DNA of 64,000 nt from Octopus sinensis (Eukaryota), in NCBI RefSeq assembly GCF_006345805.1, contig NC_043001.1:120838001-120902000 (forward strand), written 5' to 3'. The position numbers were made by a program, and so were the translations under genes. The stretch's first letter is position 1. Each line of letters begins with the position of its first letter. The notes beneath the pieces are model-generated. The model was not told the origin of the DNA and searched no databases. It saw only the letters and a list, made by a program, of their open reading frames with translations. Shown here piece by piece: positions 11,394 through 24,485 of this stretch.

Positions 11394-12729
11394 ACCTGAG
11401 AAGATAGGTTGGTAGAATTATTAAGAAAAATCAGGCTAGATGCCTACCAGTATTTGTTCCATCTCTTGGTGTTTTGAGATTAGATCCGACCATGGTTTAC
11501 TTGTTTTGTAGACTTGATCTGTCACCCAGCTTAACACCACCATCTGGCACTTTGAGTACCTTTAATGAACCCCCATTCTGTTGAAATCATTCAGACCAGA
11601 TCTCTTATCTGAGAATAGCTTCTTCCCTCCTTTGAGACAGTCTAAAAGGCCCTATAGGGGTCGTGGACACTGTCTTCCCTCTTGACTAAAAGATTATAAG
11701 AAAAAACATGCCCTTGTAACAAGCAACCAAAATGACAAATTTGTATGGGTAGAGTAATCAGTAGCAGAATGTGACTGGTGTTTGTTTTATCACCACCACC
11801 CCACCCCCAAGGGATGAAAAACAAAGTTGTTTTGATAAAACCTATAGGGATTAGCTTAACACTGAGAGCCTTCCACTCAACCCTCTTTGCCATTCTACAG
11901 TACTTTGGTACATGAATCAAAGAAGATGCCTCTATGTGATCACAAGAGCTGCAAGAAATGACAGCCAAATTCTCACTTAACTCACACCCTAGCATCTTAC
12001 AAACGGGGAGGCATACTGAATATGATTGTACTGTATATATTGTCTGAAAATAAAATGATTGATCATATTTTTGCTTGAGCAAATGACCCAGGGCTAAACA
12101 ACACCAGCAACTCTTTAATACAGACTCTGAATCATTATAGAAGTTGATGACACCATTAAGTTATTAATCATTGTAAAAGTTTCCACATGAATAATTTTTC
12201 CTTATCCTCATTGATTATATCTGAGTCCATGAAATTTATTTGATTGAAATGGCAGGATTTCTTTAGTTTCTATCATCAAAGAATGTTTCATGTATATAAC
12301 TATTAAAGTCCAAATTGGTGGTTACCTCAAGGCTGGTCAGTGCTACTTTGGTGTCTGATCTACAACTTAAAGGGTGACTACTTTAAGTTACTTTTTTTAT
12401 TTACTTTTCAATTTCTAACATCCCTTAAGATGTTGGCTAAAGATTTTTTACAATAAATTCTTTTGTACATACTTAGCATTGTTAATGTTTTTTTTTTTTC
12501 AAAATTCTTATTCTAATAATAATAAAACCATATTTTGTTTATATCTTAGCGAATAATAATAATAAGATACCAAGAATAAACAATATAATAATTAAAATAA
12601 GCATTTAGATCACACAAGATTGGCAGCCATGAGTTTTGCAATGTAAAGAAACTAAAAACTAACCTAAAGTAATCGCCCTTTAGATCCCATTCCAAAGTAG
12701 CATTTGCTGGTTATTATTAAGTAACCAAT

Positions 12730-13158
12730 TACTCTTTTACTTGTTTCAGTCATTTGACTGTGGCCATGCTGGAACACCACCTTTAGTCAAGTAAATTGCC
12801 CCCAGGACTTATTCTTTGTAAGTCTAGTACTTATTCTATGGTTCTCTTTTGCCGAACTGCTAAGTTACAGGGACGTAAACACACCAGCATCAGTTGTCAA
12901 GCGATGTTGGGGAGACAAACACAGACACACAAACATATACACACATAATATATATATATATATATATACACACACATATATATATACATACATACATATA
13001 TACGATGGGCTTCTTTCAGTTTGTCTACCAAATCCACTCACAAGGCTTTGATCGGCCCAAAGCTATAGTAGAAGACACTTTCCCAAGGTGCCACGCAGTG
13101 GGACTGAACCTGGAACCATGTGGTTTGTAAGCAAGCTACTTACCACACAGCCACTCCT
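12730..13158 (-). mobile_element. SINE family A, full length
   Basis: Reverse complement of the family A head, microsatellite and tail. Confidence 0.88.
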
Positions 13159-14317
13159 ACACCATTGTTGAAATACAATTCATCCATGGGCATCCCACTT
13201 TTATTTTCTCTTTTCAAGAATGTATCTAAGCTGCTATTATTCATTGTGTTCTGTTTTTTAATATGGTTGCCTGATTTGTAGATCTGATTGCTTCTCCTAA
13301 CAAACCAAGCAACCATATTGAGACTCATCAATTGGCTCAAATATGATTAGTAGTTGTTACTTAGCTCTAATCTAAATCTGAAGGAGCTTAGGTTTAAGTG
13401 CACCCCAACCATAACCAACCAACTATTTTTTTATATCTGATACATCACTATCCAATGAAACCTTTTTTTTAAAATTCTTATTTAACATGCTAATTCAGCA
13501 GTATTGAATCCTTTAAACTTCTTGGGCAACCAGGAAATCAAACAAAAATTTAGTGATCCACTTTGCAAAGAAAACTGAAAATTGTGACAAACTTCACAAA
13601 GAAAGTTTTTTAAAAGCAAACTATTTTAAAGTCAAAATTTTAAGAAAAATGTATTAAAGAAATTTTACTTTGTTTTATTAATCCTACAAGTGTAATGCAG
13701 TTGGCAAGCAGAATTGTTCGCATGCCAGACAAAATGCTTAGCAGCATTTCATCTGTCCTTAAGTTTTGAGTTCAAATCCCACTCAGATTGGCTTTGCCTT
13801 TCATCCTTGAAGGATCAATGAAATAGGTACCAGTTCAAAGTAACCAACTAGCTGCCACCCCCAAAATTTCAGGCCTTGTGCCTATAGTAGAAAGGATAAA
13901 TCATACACTTGTGTTTAACAAAATTATGACACATTTTCGTAATGTTTAAACATTAGTATGAATTTTCTAAAGCCTTAAATTATATATTTAAAATATCTAC
14001 AATACACCTCAATATTTCTTGCAGCATTTCAGTGTGCTGAACTACTACAGTAGGGTGAGAATTACTGCAATAGGGTGTGATTTTGGGAGAGGTGATTGCT
14101 GTTTCTAGCAAGTTGAAAAACTACATACAACTCCCCACTCACTTGTTGGCTTCTAAATATTGTAGTATCTCAAGCCAGTTAGCTAGAGTTTTGTTAGTAA
14201 TTTTGCATGAATATGAGGTCTGGTCTATTAAAAGTAAACATGTGAAAACTTATTAAGACATTCACTAACAATGTGTTTAAGAAGTTACTTAATATCCCTT
14301 GTTAGGATAGTCTTGTT

Positions 14318-14744
14318 GAGACCCCTTCAGTCATGACTGACCGTGGGAGTGCACCTAGAAAGTTACCTCAAGGCTGGTCAGTGCTACTTTGGTGTGTGAT
14401 TTACAACTTAAAGGGAGATTACTTTAGGTTATTTTTTTTATTTACTTTTCAATTATCCTCCCAGACACAAGTCCAGGCAAGGTTGTTTATGGAAGACTAT
14501 CAGTCGCCCATGCATACCAGCCTCCCCTCTCCACGCCACCAGTGTTATCCAAGGGAAAGGCAATGGCCGATACAGCTTGACACCTGTGACACATCGCAAC
14601 TCATTTCTACAGCTGAGTGAACTGGAGCAATGTGAAATAAAGTGTCTTGCTCAAGAACACAACAAGCAGCCCGTTCCAGGATTCAAACTCACAACCTCAC
14701 AAACGTAAGTTCAACGCTCTAACCACTGAGCCATGTGCCTTCAC
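14318..14744 (-). mobile_element. tRNA-derived SINE (second family) carrying a foreign 93-bp insert
   Basis: Minus strand has A-box TGGCTCAGTGG and B-box GTTTGAATCC, then TGTGTTCTTGAGCAAGACACTT; a related fragment lies near 55400-55495. Confidence 0.8.
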
Positions 14745-16076
14745 TGTCACAACAGCTGTTCTTAGCGTGCTTGCCTCATTTGTACTGAAGTACTAGTTCA
14801 TAGTTACAAAACATATCTACCATTCTCTCCACACAGTATGGATTCATAGCTACATACAGATACACCATTCTAGGGATTTGCAGCTATAAATAGATATATA
14901 ACTCACTCATATAGCAGGTATTCATAATCACAATATATATATAAATATGTGGTCATCCTTGCATACAGGCATGTCCCCTACATCCCACTTCAGCTGAGCA
15001 TTGCTAGTCTTGTGGGCTTGTGTGTACTGGTACCATGAAAAAAGCACTTGTGCCAGTACCATGTGAAAGCACCTGTGCTGGATCTGTGTGAAACTACCCA
15101 GTACTCTCTGTAAAGTGGTTGGTGTTTGGAAGAGCATCCAGCCATAGAGGCCATACCAAAACAAACATAGAACCCGGGCAGCTTTCCAGCTGACCAGCTT
15201 CTGTCAAACCATCAAACCTATGCCAGCATGGAAAAAAGACATTAAAACGATGATATATGATGATTAAAATGATGATGTATATACATACAACATGCCTTTT
15301 TTCTGCTTGTAGCAAGTATTTAGAGCTACAAAATAAATATATCATTTTCCCAAAATTGTTAGGATTTATAGCTATAACATATGACACTCACTGAATAGTA
15401 GAGGTTCACAGCTATAAAGCGATCTATTGGCATCCCATACCATGGGAGGTCAGAACTAAAAGCATGTTTGTGTCTTATACACATACATGCACAAACAACC
15501 TCATGCAATCTACAGATATGCTTTTCAAAAGCAGGTTTCACAAATCACTGTTAGTTACCATGCTTAACTTAATCAGATTATGGGGAAATTGCATTTTGCT
15601 TGGTCATAGAAGCTGAACTTTGGTGCTTTCATTGGATTGCGTTGTACATGACTGCCACCTCTGAGGTGAATGCACGCTTGGGTGTGATACAAGAAGTGTA
15701 TAAAAATATAAACATCAAGATTAAAGGAAGACAAAACAAGTTGGTGAGAGCCATCAAATGTTTTTTTATGTCCCGTTTATGTTTAAATCAAGGCAACATA
15801 TATCTAATACGATTTTCTTTTCCATAAGCTGCGCAAATATCTGTACACCTTAATAAATACGCACACACATACATATGCTGCCCACACCCAATGACATTGA
15901 TTATGTATCATAGAACTGTTACACCATCTCATATAATGAGAAAAGATGAAAAAAATCTAATTTTCTTCCCATATTCAATCTTGATATTAGTTTCAATTGA
16001 GATGTTAAAGTCTTGTCTTTTACCAGCAAACCAAAATAATTACTGCTGCACATTAAATCTAACACCCACACACAAG

Positions 16077-16115
<39 letters not shown>

Positions 16116-16154
16116 GTGTGTGTGCGGTTATGTATAAATAATTTATATATAGTA

Positions 16155-16185
<31 letters not shown>

Positions 16186-16200
16186 GTATGTATATGTATA

Positions 16201-16231
<31 letters not shown>

Positions 16232-17330
16232 TGTATATATATGTATATGTATATATGTGTATGTATGTATATGTATGTATATATATGTGTATGTATATAT
16301 ATATGTATGTATTTAGAGGCATGTAGGTGTGTATATAAATGTGTGTATAATATGTACAATGTATATATATATATTTATGAAATAACACAAATTGCGACTT
16401 TAATTATCATCTTAACACTTGCTGATTATTATTTACATGAGCTCTACATTGATAATTAAGTTTTTAATCGCATTTGTATTTAAGCCATTTGTTATTTCCT
16501 AAACATGAGCATTCTTAATCTCATTATTTCCAGCTACTTTGTTACACCAGTCGTAACGCTGCTTTAATTTGGTTTTTGGCTGTTTCTCTATAGATCAATT
16601 ATAAGATACTTGTTCAGTTGTTGTGTGTATTGTGTATAGTCATGTTAGAGAGTAATGGGGTCCCAGGACAGCCTTATTGTGCAGTAGCTGAGGCAAGTGT
16701 CTTCTGCTGTTGACTAGAGTTGACCAGTGCCTTGTGAATGGGTTTTGATAATTAAACTGTATAAAAACCTGTTTTATGTAGGGTGGAGGGTTTGTGGCTG
16801 TGAGGTTAAGAAGCTTACTTCCCAGCTATGTGATCTTGGGTTCAGTCCCACTACATAGCATCATAGGCAATTATCTTCTATTATAGCCCTGAGCTGATGA
16901 AAGCCTACATAGGCATGCAAATAATCTTATAAGTGTATGCAATATGTGTGTACATATATATGCAGATTTGACACATTTCTATATACCTATGTGTGCATAT
17001 ATGTACTGAGTGTAAGTCTCTAGTATGTGTTAATGTGTATATACATATATCTATATATAAACGTATATGTATATAATTGTGATTATATATATATATATAT
17101 AATCACAATTATACATATATACTTGCCTACAAGCATATGAGACTGCAGGTATCAATACACATTTAGATTTGTCTTATGTGGGTGTAGTAGTGCACGTGAG
17201 TAAATGTGTGTGTGGGTATGTGAACATTGTGTGAAAATATGAATGTACTGTGTATCTATATGCATACATGCATATGCTCCATGTGCTCTGAAGGATATAT
17301 CCATGTATGCAACTACGTTTGTATATATAT

Positions 17331-17377
<47 letters not shown>

Positions 17378-18347
17378 AACTGCGTGCAGATATGATTGGC
17401 TGACACTCATGCATGTAATGTATACTGGCATGTACCCAGGAATAAACTTATTAATGTGCACGTCTGTTTGTCTGTGCATTTAACTGTTAAAAATCTCTCA
17501 ATATAGTGGAACTGAAATGTAAATCTCCCAGCTAAAACCATATTATCCCATCTGAGGAGTTTTCTATGCACTGTGCGTTGCTTCTGGTGTTATTGCATTG
17601 TTCTATACCCACAAGGGAGTAATGCACCTTGAAGATGAAACAATTGCTGTGGTAATAAATTTTTTTTTTTTGTTGGTACATTCTGCCTTGTCTATTTATC
17701 TTTAATAAATAAATAGATAAAAATATATATGGCAAATGAAAGATAGAAGATGGAATTTATGTGAGGATTTATTATTAATCACAACAATTGTTTCGAGACA
17801 TCTAACATCTATCTCTCATGGGTGAGACACTCAACAATTGGTTCAGGGTATCCAGCGGTGGAGATGTATCTTATCGGGTGATAAATAGATAGAACTCATT
17901 AAAATAACAGTTCCGCAATGTAATTTCTCGTTTTGTAGAAAGAAAAGCAGCCAGATGGAGGAAATACCTTCATTTATATAGAAGATCAAAAATAAAATCA
18001 CAGATGGAAAAAAAGAAAAATGAACACACAATACAGCAAGAAAGGTATATAAATAGCCGTTAACAAATATGAGCATTATAGATAAAATATATATATATAA
18101 AAGTTTGTGTCTTTATTCTACACCACTACTTGTTTGTTTTCATTCCCATAACTTAGCAGTTTGGTAGAAGAGATTGAGAGAATAAGTACTGAACTTTTAG
18201 AAAATAAGTACTAGGGTCAATTTGTTCAAATAGATCCTTCAAGACAGTCTTCTGGCATGGCTGCAGTTCAATGACTGAAATAAGTAAAAGATATATATGT
18301 ATAAGTTTTAAAAAATAAGGAATGTCAGTTAGCTATTGATTTATCTA

Positions 18348-19609
18348 CAGGGGTCAGACAAAATAATAGAAACACCTAGTATCATAATTTTGAAATAGTT
18401 ATAAAACCGTTGAAAGCTTGTTTATTTTTGCTTTTTGGTTTATTATTAGTGTTGCTTAATGTTTTGCTAAAATTGCCGTTACTATTCAGATATCATCAGA
18501 AAAAGGTAATTAAAATTCATTAAAATGACAGATCTATCAGACTTTCAAAGAGGTCAAACTGTTGGTGTTTGTATGGCAAGTGCTAACATAATGAAAACAG
18601 CTAAAATGTTTGGTGTATCAAGAAGTACTGTCTCGAAAGTAATGACAGCTTTTGAGAAAGAGGGAAAAAATGCCTCATTGAAACAAAACTCCAGAAGAAA
18701 ACCAAAATTTTCAGGTAGGGAACACCAGACTTTTACGTGAATTGTTATAAAGGATCACAAATGTACAGCTCCCAAAATTACTGCAGAGCTTAATGACCAC
18801 CTCAAGAACCCAGTTTCCACAAAAACTGTTCGCCAGGAGCTGCACAAAGCCAGATTTCATGAGCGGGCTACAATCAAAAATCACTACTTTCAAAAACAAA
18901 TCTTGTAAAGCATTTAGAGTGGAGTAAAAACCTACAGAATTGGTCCCTAGAACAGTGGGAGAATGTTATTTTCTCAGACGAGTCATCCTTTACCTTATTT
19001 CCGACCACCAGCCAAGTATACGTATGAAGACAGCCAAAAGAAGCATTTGACCCAGAGTGCCTTCTTCCAACTGTTAAACATGAAGGATCTGTGATGATCG
19101 GGGGGGGGGGGCTATATCTTGGAAATCCACCAGTCTAACAGTTTCCCTTCATGGCAGAATTAATAGTCAAGAGTATTTAAGCATTTTATCTAATCAAATT
19201 CATCCTATGGTTGCAGAACTATTTCCGAAGGGAAACACAATCTTTCAGAATGATAATGTACCAATTCAGACAGCTAAAGTTGTTACTGAATGGCACGAGG
19301 AACATTCTTGCGAAGTTGAACATCTTACCTGGCCACCACATTCCCCAGATCCCAATATTATTGAATATTTATGGTGTATTTCGGAAAAACATGTAAGGAG
19401 TCGATATCCTCCAGCATCATCACTACAAGAACTGGAGACTGTTTTAGCTGAAGAATGGACAAAAATTCCTTTGGGAACAATTCAAACTTTGTACAAGTCC
19501 ATACCTCATAGAATTCAAGCTGTAATTACTGCAAAAGGTGGTCCTACCCTGTATCAAAATATATTTGTTTGAAATTTTAAGGTGTTTCCATTATTTTGAC
19601 CAACCCTTG
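18348..19609 (+). mobile_element. Tc1-like DNA transposon, near full length (1262 bp), DD36E triad, inactivated
   Basis: 30-bp imperfect TIRs (CAGGGGTCAGACAAAATAATAGAAACACCT / AGGTGTTTCCATTATTTTGACCAACCCTTG); TA on the left, CA on the right. ORF from 18525 has an HTH N-terminus, FSDES (D 18977), QNDN (D 19252) and SPDPNIIE (E 19363), with in-frame stops and frameshifts. Confidence 0.95.
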
Positions 19610-19737
19610 CATATAACTAGCCATCTATGGTTATCAATCTATCTTTTTCTCTTTCCTTTTTCCTGACCTCTCCCTCTTTTCCCCATTTTCTCTTTCTTTC
19701 TTTCTCTCCCTCTTTCACTGTCTTTTCTAAATTTTCT

Positions 19738-19773
<36 letters not shown>

Positions 19774-20450
19774 AGATTAAGTCTTTTAATTTGGGTTTGA
19801 TAAAGTAAGTACTAGTTGAGCATTAGGGTTATGTAACTGACTAACCCTAACCCCTCAAATTTCAGACCTTATGTCTGTAGTAGAAAAAAAAAACATTATT
19901 GTTACTGATGCAGGATATACCATCCTGCAACCATCCAATGCAGATGTTTCCCTTCTCTTTAAGACAGCATCATTTCCCAGTCAGACATGCATTCGCTATA
20001 TCAATAAACAAAATATTCAAGAGAAAAGCTTAACAAAATATAGCATTTATTTTCCGACTACATTATTCTCATGTTATAAGTTGGAGATTCACCACATTTA
20101 AAGATGTCTACTGATCACAATCAATTTGCTAAATCACAGACATTCAAATTATGTTAACTGCTAAATTCAAGAAAAATGTATTCTACACAGACATCGTTAG
20201 ATTATTAAAATTTCTTATTTGGAGAATGTTGTATATAATATTGTATATAGAACTGAAAAAAAAAAAACAAGGTAAAAATTGATATGTATTTTGTTCTGTT
20301 AAGTGTTTCTTTTATTTAAGCATTGCTTTACCTTTGACATATTTCTTTCCTGAATATAAATATCTCCTAATATAATATAGTAATGAGCGTAGTGTTTATA
20401 TATATTTGTGTGTGTATATATATAACCACTACGTTCATTATTATATTAAG

Positions 20451-20482
<32 letters not shown>

Positions 20483-21131
20483 CCAAAATCACACAGTAGA
20501 AGTGAATGGTGAAGGGAGGGGAGAGAAAATAGTAATTCAGTGAAGAAGTAGTGAGAGTAATAGCCATGACTGAGAGGGAGGGAGAGAAAGTAATGGCAGT
20601 GAGAGAGAGGAAGTGGTGAAGAGAGCGTTGTGTATCTTCTACTATAATAATACTCTTGTGTATTTCTCCGTCACAACATAAATGAGAAAGGAAGGGGTGA
20701 TCTATCGATGGAAGTGGGATTATGAAAAGTCAACGGTGAAACCAAACCAAACAGTGCTTCAACTCTGTGAGTATCTGTCTGTGTGTGTGTGTGTAAAAGT
20801 GAGGAATGTGAATGTTTGTTTGTGTGAGCGTGTATGTGTGTGTGTTTGTGTAAAATATATTTATATATTTGAGTGAGTGTATATGTGTTTGTGTATGTTT
20901 ATTCAGAAAGCTACATAGAAAATAGAATTACAGACACACGTGCATTTACACACTTAAAAAGGAAGGAAGTGGGCTGTGACAAAGTAGAGAAAACCACATT
21001 TGCTACAGATTGTGCTACTCATACATATAAATGCATACATGTGCACACCTGCATGCACACGCAAAAAAACACACACATATACTCACACAGTTGAAGCAAT
21101 GTTTGATTTTTTTCCCCTTTTATACCCTTTT

Positions 21132-21419
21132 TAGGAGTGGCTGTGTGGTAAGTAGCTTGCTTACGAACCACATGGTTCTGGGTTCAGTCCCACTGCATGG
21201 CACCTTGGGCAAGTGTCTTCTACTATAGTCTCGGGCTGACCAAAACCTTGTGAGTGGATTTGGTAGACGGAAACTGAAAGAAGCCCGTTGTATATATGTA
21301 TATATATATATGTGAATAAGTACTAGGCTTACAAAGAATAAGTCCGCGGGTCGATTTGCCCAACTATAGGTGGTGCTCCAGCATTGCCACAGTCACATGA
21401 CTGAAACAAGTAAAGCGTA
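21132..21419 (+). mobile_element. SINE family A with middle deletion
   Basis: Intact head and tail joined across the microsatellite. Confidence 0.85.
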
Positions 21420-22124
21420 TAAAATACTACAATTAGCTGTCATATTTGACAGCAAAGGGTCAGCTAGTATATCTATATTTCAGTAAAGAAGAAGCCATCT
21501 TATCTAATGCTCTAACAATTCTGCTAGTCCACCACCCAAAATTGGAACTTCATTTATTGACGCAGGAGGGATGAAACTCTGACTTAATGAGATTTGAACA
21601 CAGAATGCTGAGAGTCAGAACAAATATCACAAGGCATCTTTTCTATGCTCTCACAACTCTTCAAGTTCATGGCTACCATCTTATATACTTGACCAATGCA
21701 TCATACCCACCTCACTGGGTCTTTAAAACATATTTCCATTTGCAATATTTATATCTCGACTTGGTGTATAGTTGATTATATTAACCATTTTAATTGAACC
21801 TGATAAAATGGGCATTCAATTTTGCCTTTCATCCTTTACATCAAATACAGGAATCAATATAAACAACTATATCTTCATTAAAATTGGAGACTTATACCTA
21901 TGCAAAGAATCAAATAATGATTTAACATAGCCACAACACCACCAGTATTATATAGAAGACATGGTTAAGTGGTTAAGAAGCTAGTTTCACAATCGTGAGG
22001 TCCCAGGTTCACCCTCCCTGCATGGCATCATAGACAGCTGTTTTTACTATAGCCTTGGGCTGAATCCTTGTAAGTGGAAACATATCAGATGGAGTATATT
22101 TATAACTTAATGATTAAATATTCT

Positions 22125-22525
22125 TTTCTACTCTAGGCACAAGGCCCGAAATTTTGGGGCAGGAGGTGCCAGTTGATTAGATTGACCCCAGTATGCAACT
22201 GGTACTTAATTTATCGACCCTGAAAGAATGAAAGGTAAAGTTGACCTTGGCGAAATTTGAATTCAGAACATAAAGACAGACAAAATGCTGCTAAGCTTTC
22301 ACCTGGCCTGCTAATATTTATTGCCCACAAGGGGCCAAACATAGAGGGGACAGACAAGGATAGACAAATGGATCAAGTCGATTACATCGACCCCAGTGCG
22401 TAACTGGTACTTAATTTATCGACCCCGAAAGGATGAAAGGCAAAATCGACCTCAGCGGAATTTGAACTCAGAACGTAACAGTAGATGAAATACCGCTAAG
22501 CATTTCACCCAGCTTGCTGCCTTCA
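22125..22525 (-). mobile_element. two tandem copies of SINE family C (GCCTTTCATCCTTTCGGGGTCGATAAATTAAGTACCAG core)
   Basis: 22320-22525 is close to the reverse complement of 50619-50841; many older fragments of the family are scattered through the window. Confidence 0.8.
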
Positions 22526-24432
22526 TTTAATGATCAAATATTTTCATATTGTGTCACACTGACTTCAGTTGAGGAATTACATAAAAAGTACATGTCTGTA
22601 AAATAGCTACTTACATGTTAATTTAAAGAGTTGAGTATACAGTTGATTGACTTCAATGTTGAAACAAAAAAGGAGGATCTATCATAATTTTATTATCTAC
22701 AGTTATGTCATCTTATTAAATACCTAAAATTATATTCTCTTACTGACTTTCAAGAGCAGGAAAATAAAGTCAATTCTTGGACGATTTGAACTCCAAACAT
22801 TGAAGGACAAAATATATTACACCACATTACTACTGCTCTACTGAATATTTCTCCATTATAATAATTGCTTCTAATATAGGGACAAGGCCTGAAATTTGAA
22901 GAAGAGGTTGATTAGATTCACCCCAGTACTTGACGAGTACATTATTTATTGACCCTGATAAGATGAAAAGCTAAGATGACTTTGGCCGGGTTTCAATTGA
23001 GAATGACAGCTCACAACAAACACTGCAAGGCATTTTTCTCCATTGCTCTGACAATTCTGTGGAAAGTTATTTTATGTTTCAGTTATGTTTTATTTTTCGA
23101 TGTTTCAACAATTATTTCAACATTTTTCTTCTTTTAGATAAAATTTTACGTGATTAAGACTTCTGCAAACTTTATTAATTATTCATTTCTTTTGACAATG
23201 CTCAAGGCTCATAATCACCATCACCATCACCATCACCATCACCATCACAATCACCATCATAATCACCATCACAATCACCATCATTTAATGCCTATTTTCT
23301 ATGCTGCCATAGGTTGGGCAGCTTGACAGGAACTGGCAAGGATTGGGGTCGTACCAGGTTCCATTGCTTGTTTTAGCTTGGTTTCTACAGCTGGGTGCCC
23401 TTCTTAATGCCAACCCCTTTACAGAGTGTCGTGGGTACTTTTTACATGACACCATCACCAGTGCTTTTTGTGTGGCACCAGCACCTACACGGATGCATTT
23501 TATGTGGCACTTTGGTTTTGGGATATCAATTCTGTTGTGGTGGGTGGGTTTTCTCAATTTTTTGTAAACCAATGGTCTATTATTTATTGGAACTGTCTGA
23601 GTGTGTTACTGGTATGTTACAGCAGTATAAAAAACATTGCCAGTCTATCTTATCATTTTTGCCAAATTTTTCAAATCTACAGAATTACACCCCCCTCACA
23701 CACGCATACACACCACCACCATCACCATGAAAAAGAAAAGAATGCCATTACCAGGATGCTTTTTATCATAGGTTTGTTCAATCAACCTTGGGTTGAAGAA
23801 CAAAGCAAAACACTTGCACAATTTTTTTAAATATTAACAGCAAAAACACATCACAGTGAGAGAAGTCATTGATTTATATGCTTCTTCTTGATCAATATTG
23901 TTTTCCATCAATATATTGCATTTACTTGTGTAATATGTAAGAAATCTAATACAAACCATCTGAACCGAAACTAGTGGGGGGGGTAGTGTTATACTCAAGT
24001 ATAAAACAAAAGATAAGGAGATAAAATATATTACTGACTTTTCAGTACAAAAATAAGGGTCACATATTTGAAATGGAAGGTGTGTAAAACAAAATACTTT
24101 CAGGTATTTCTGGACTCTTCACATTCTGAGTCCAAATGCTGCTATGACCAAATTTGCCTTTTATTTTCCAACATTCACTAAAATAAAGCATCAGTCAAGT
24201 ACTGGAGTTGATATATTGGCTAAGCACCTCCCTCAAAATTGCTGGCTTTGTGCCTAAATTAGAAACAATTATTCAAATTAATATAATGAACAAAAAGTGG
24301 AGTGGTGAGAAAATTGAGCTTCCTTGATTTTGTTTTTTTCACTTGTTTGTTTCTGTTTGTTATAAACCACACACATACACACATATTTTTATTTATTGAT
24401 TGGTTGATTGATTCATTTGTCTGTTCTTTCAG

Positions 24433-24485
24433 TTTGTGCTGAAGCTTATGATCCAGAACAAGATCAAGGGGAGGAAGAAGTAAAA
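24433..24485 (+). CDS. PRKAR2: PKA-RII exon (53 nt): (V)CAEAYDPEQDQGEEEVK
   Basis: AG 24431-24432, donor GTAAGA 24486; SVCAEAYDPE linker motif typical of RII subunits. Confidence 0.93.

Noticed and set aside
13260-13319. 11-bp inverted repeat AATATGGTTGC/GCAACCATATT with a 38-nt spacer
   Set aside because: A single short inverted repeat is within chance expectation for 64 kb of AT-rich DNA.
19820-19855. TTAGGGTTA...TAACCCTAA telomere-like inverted motif
   Set aside because: It falls on the hairpin segment of a decayed SINE family C tail; only one and a half units.
849-24432. Search for a duplicated or mutually exclusive RRxS exon or a nested gene in the 23.6-kb intron
   Set aside because: None found by eye; very short exons cannot be excluded without transcripts.
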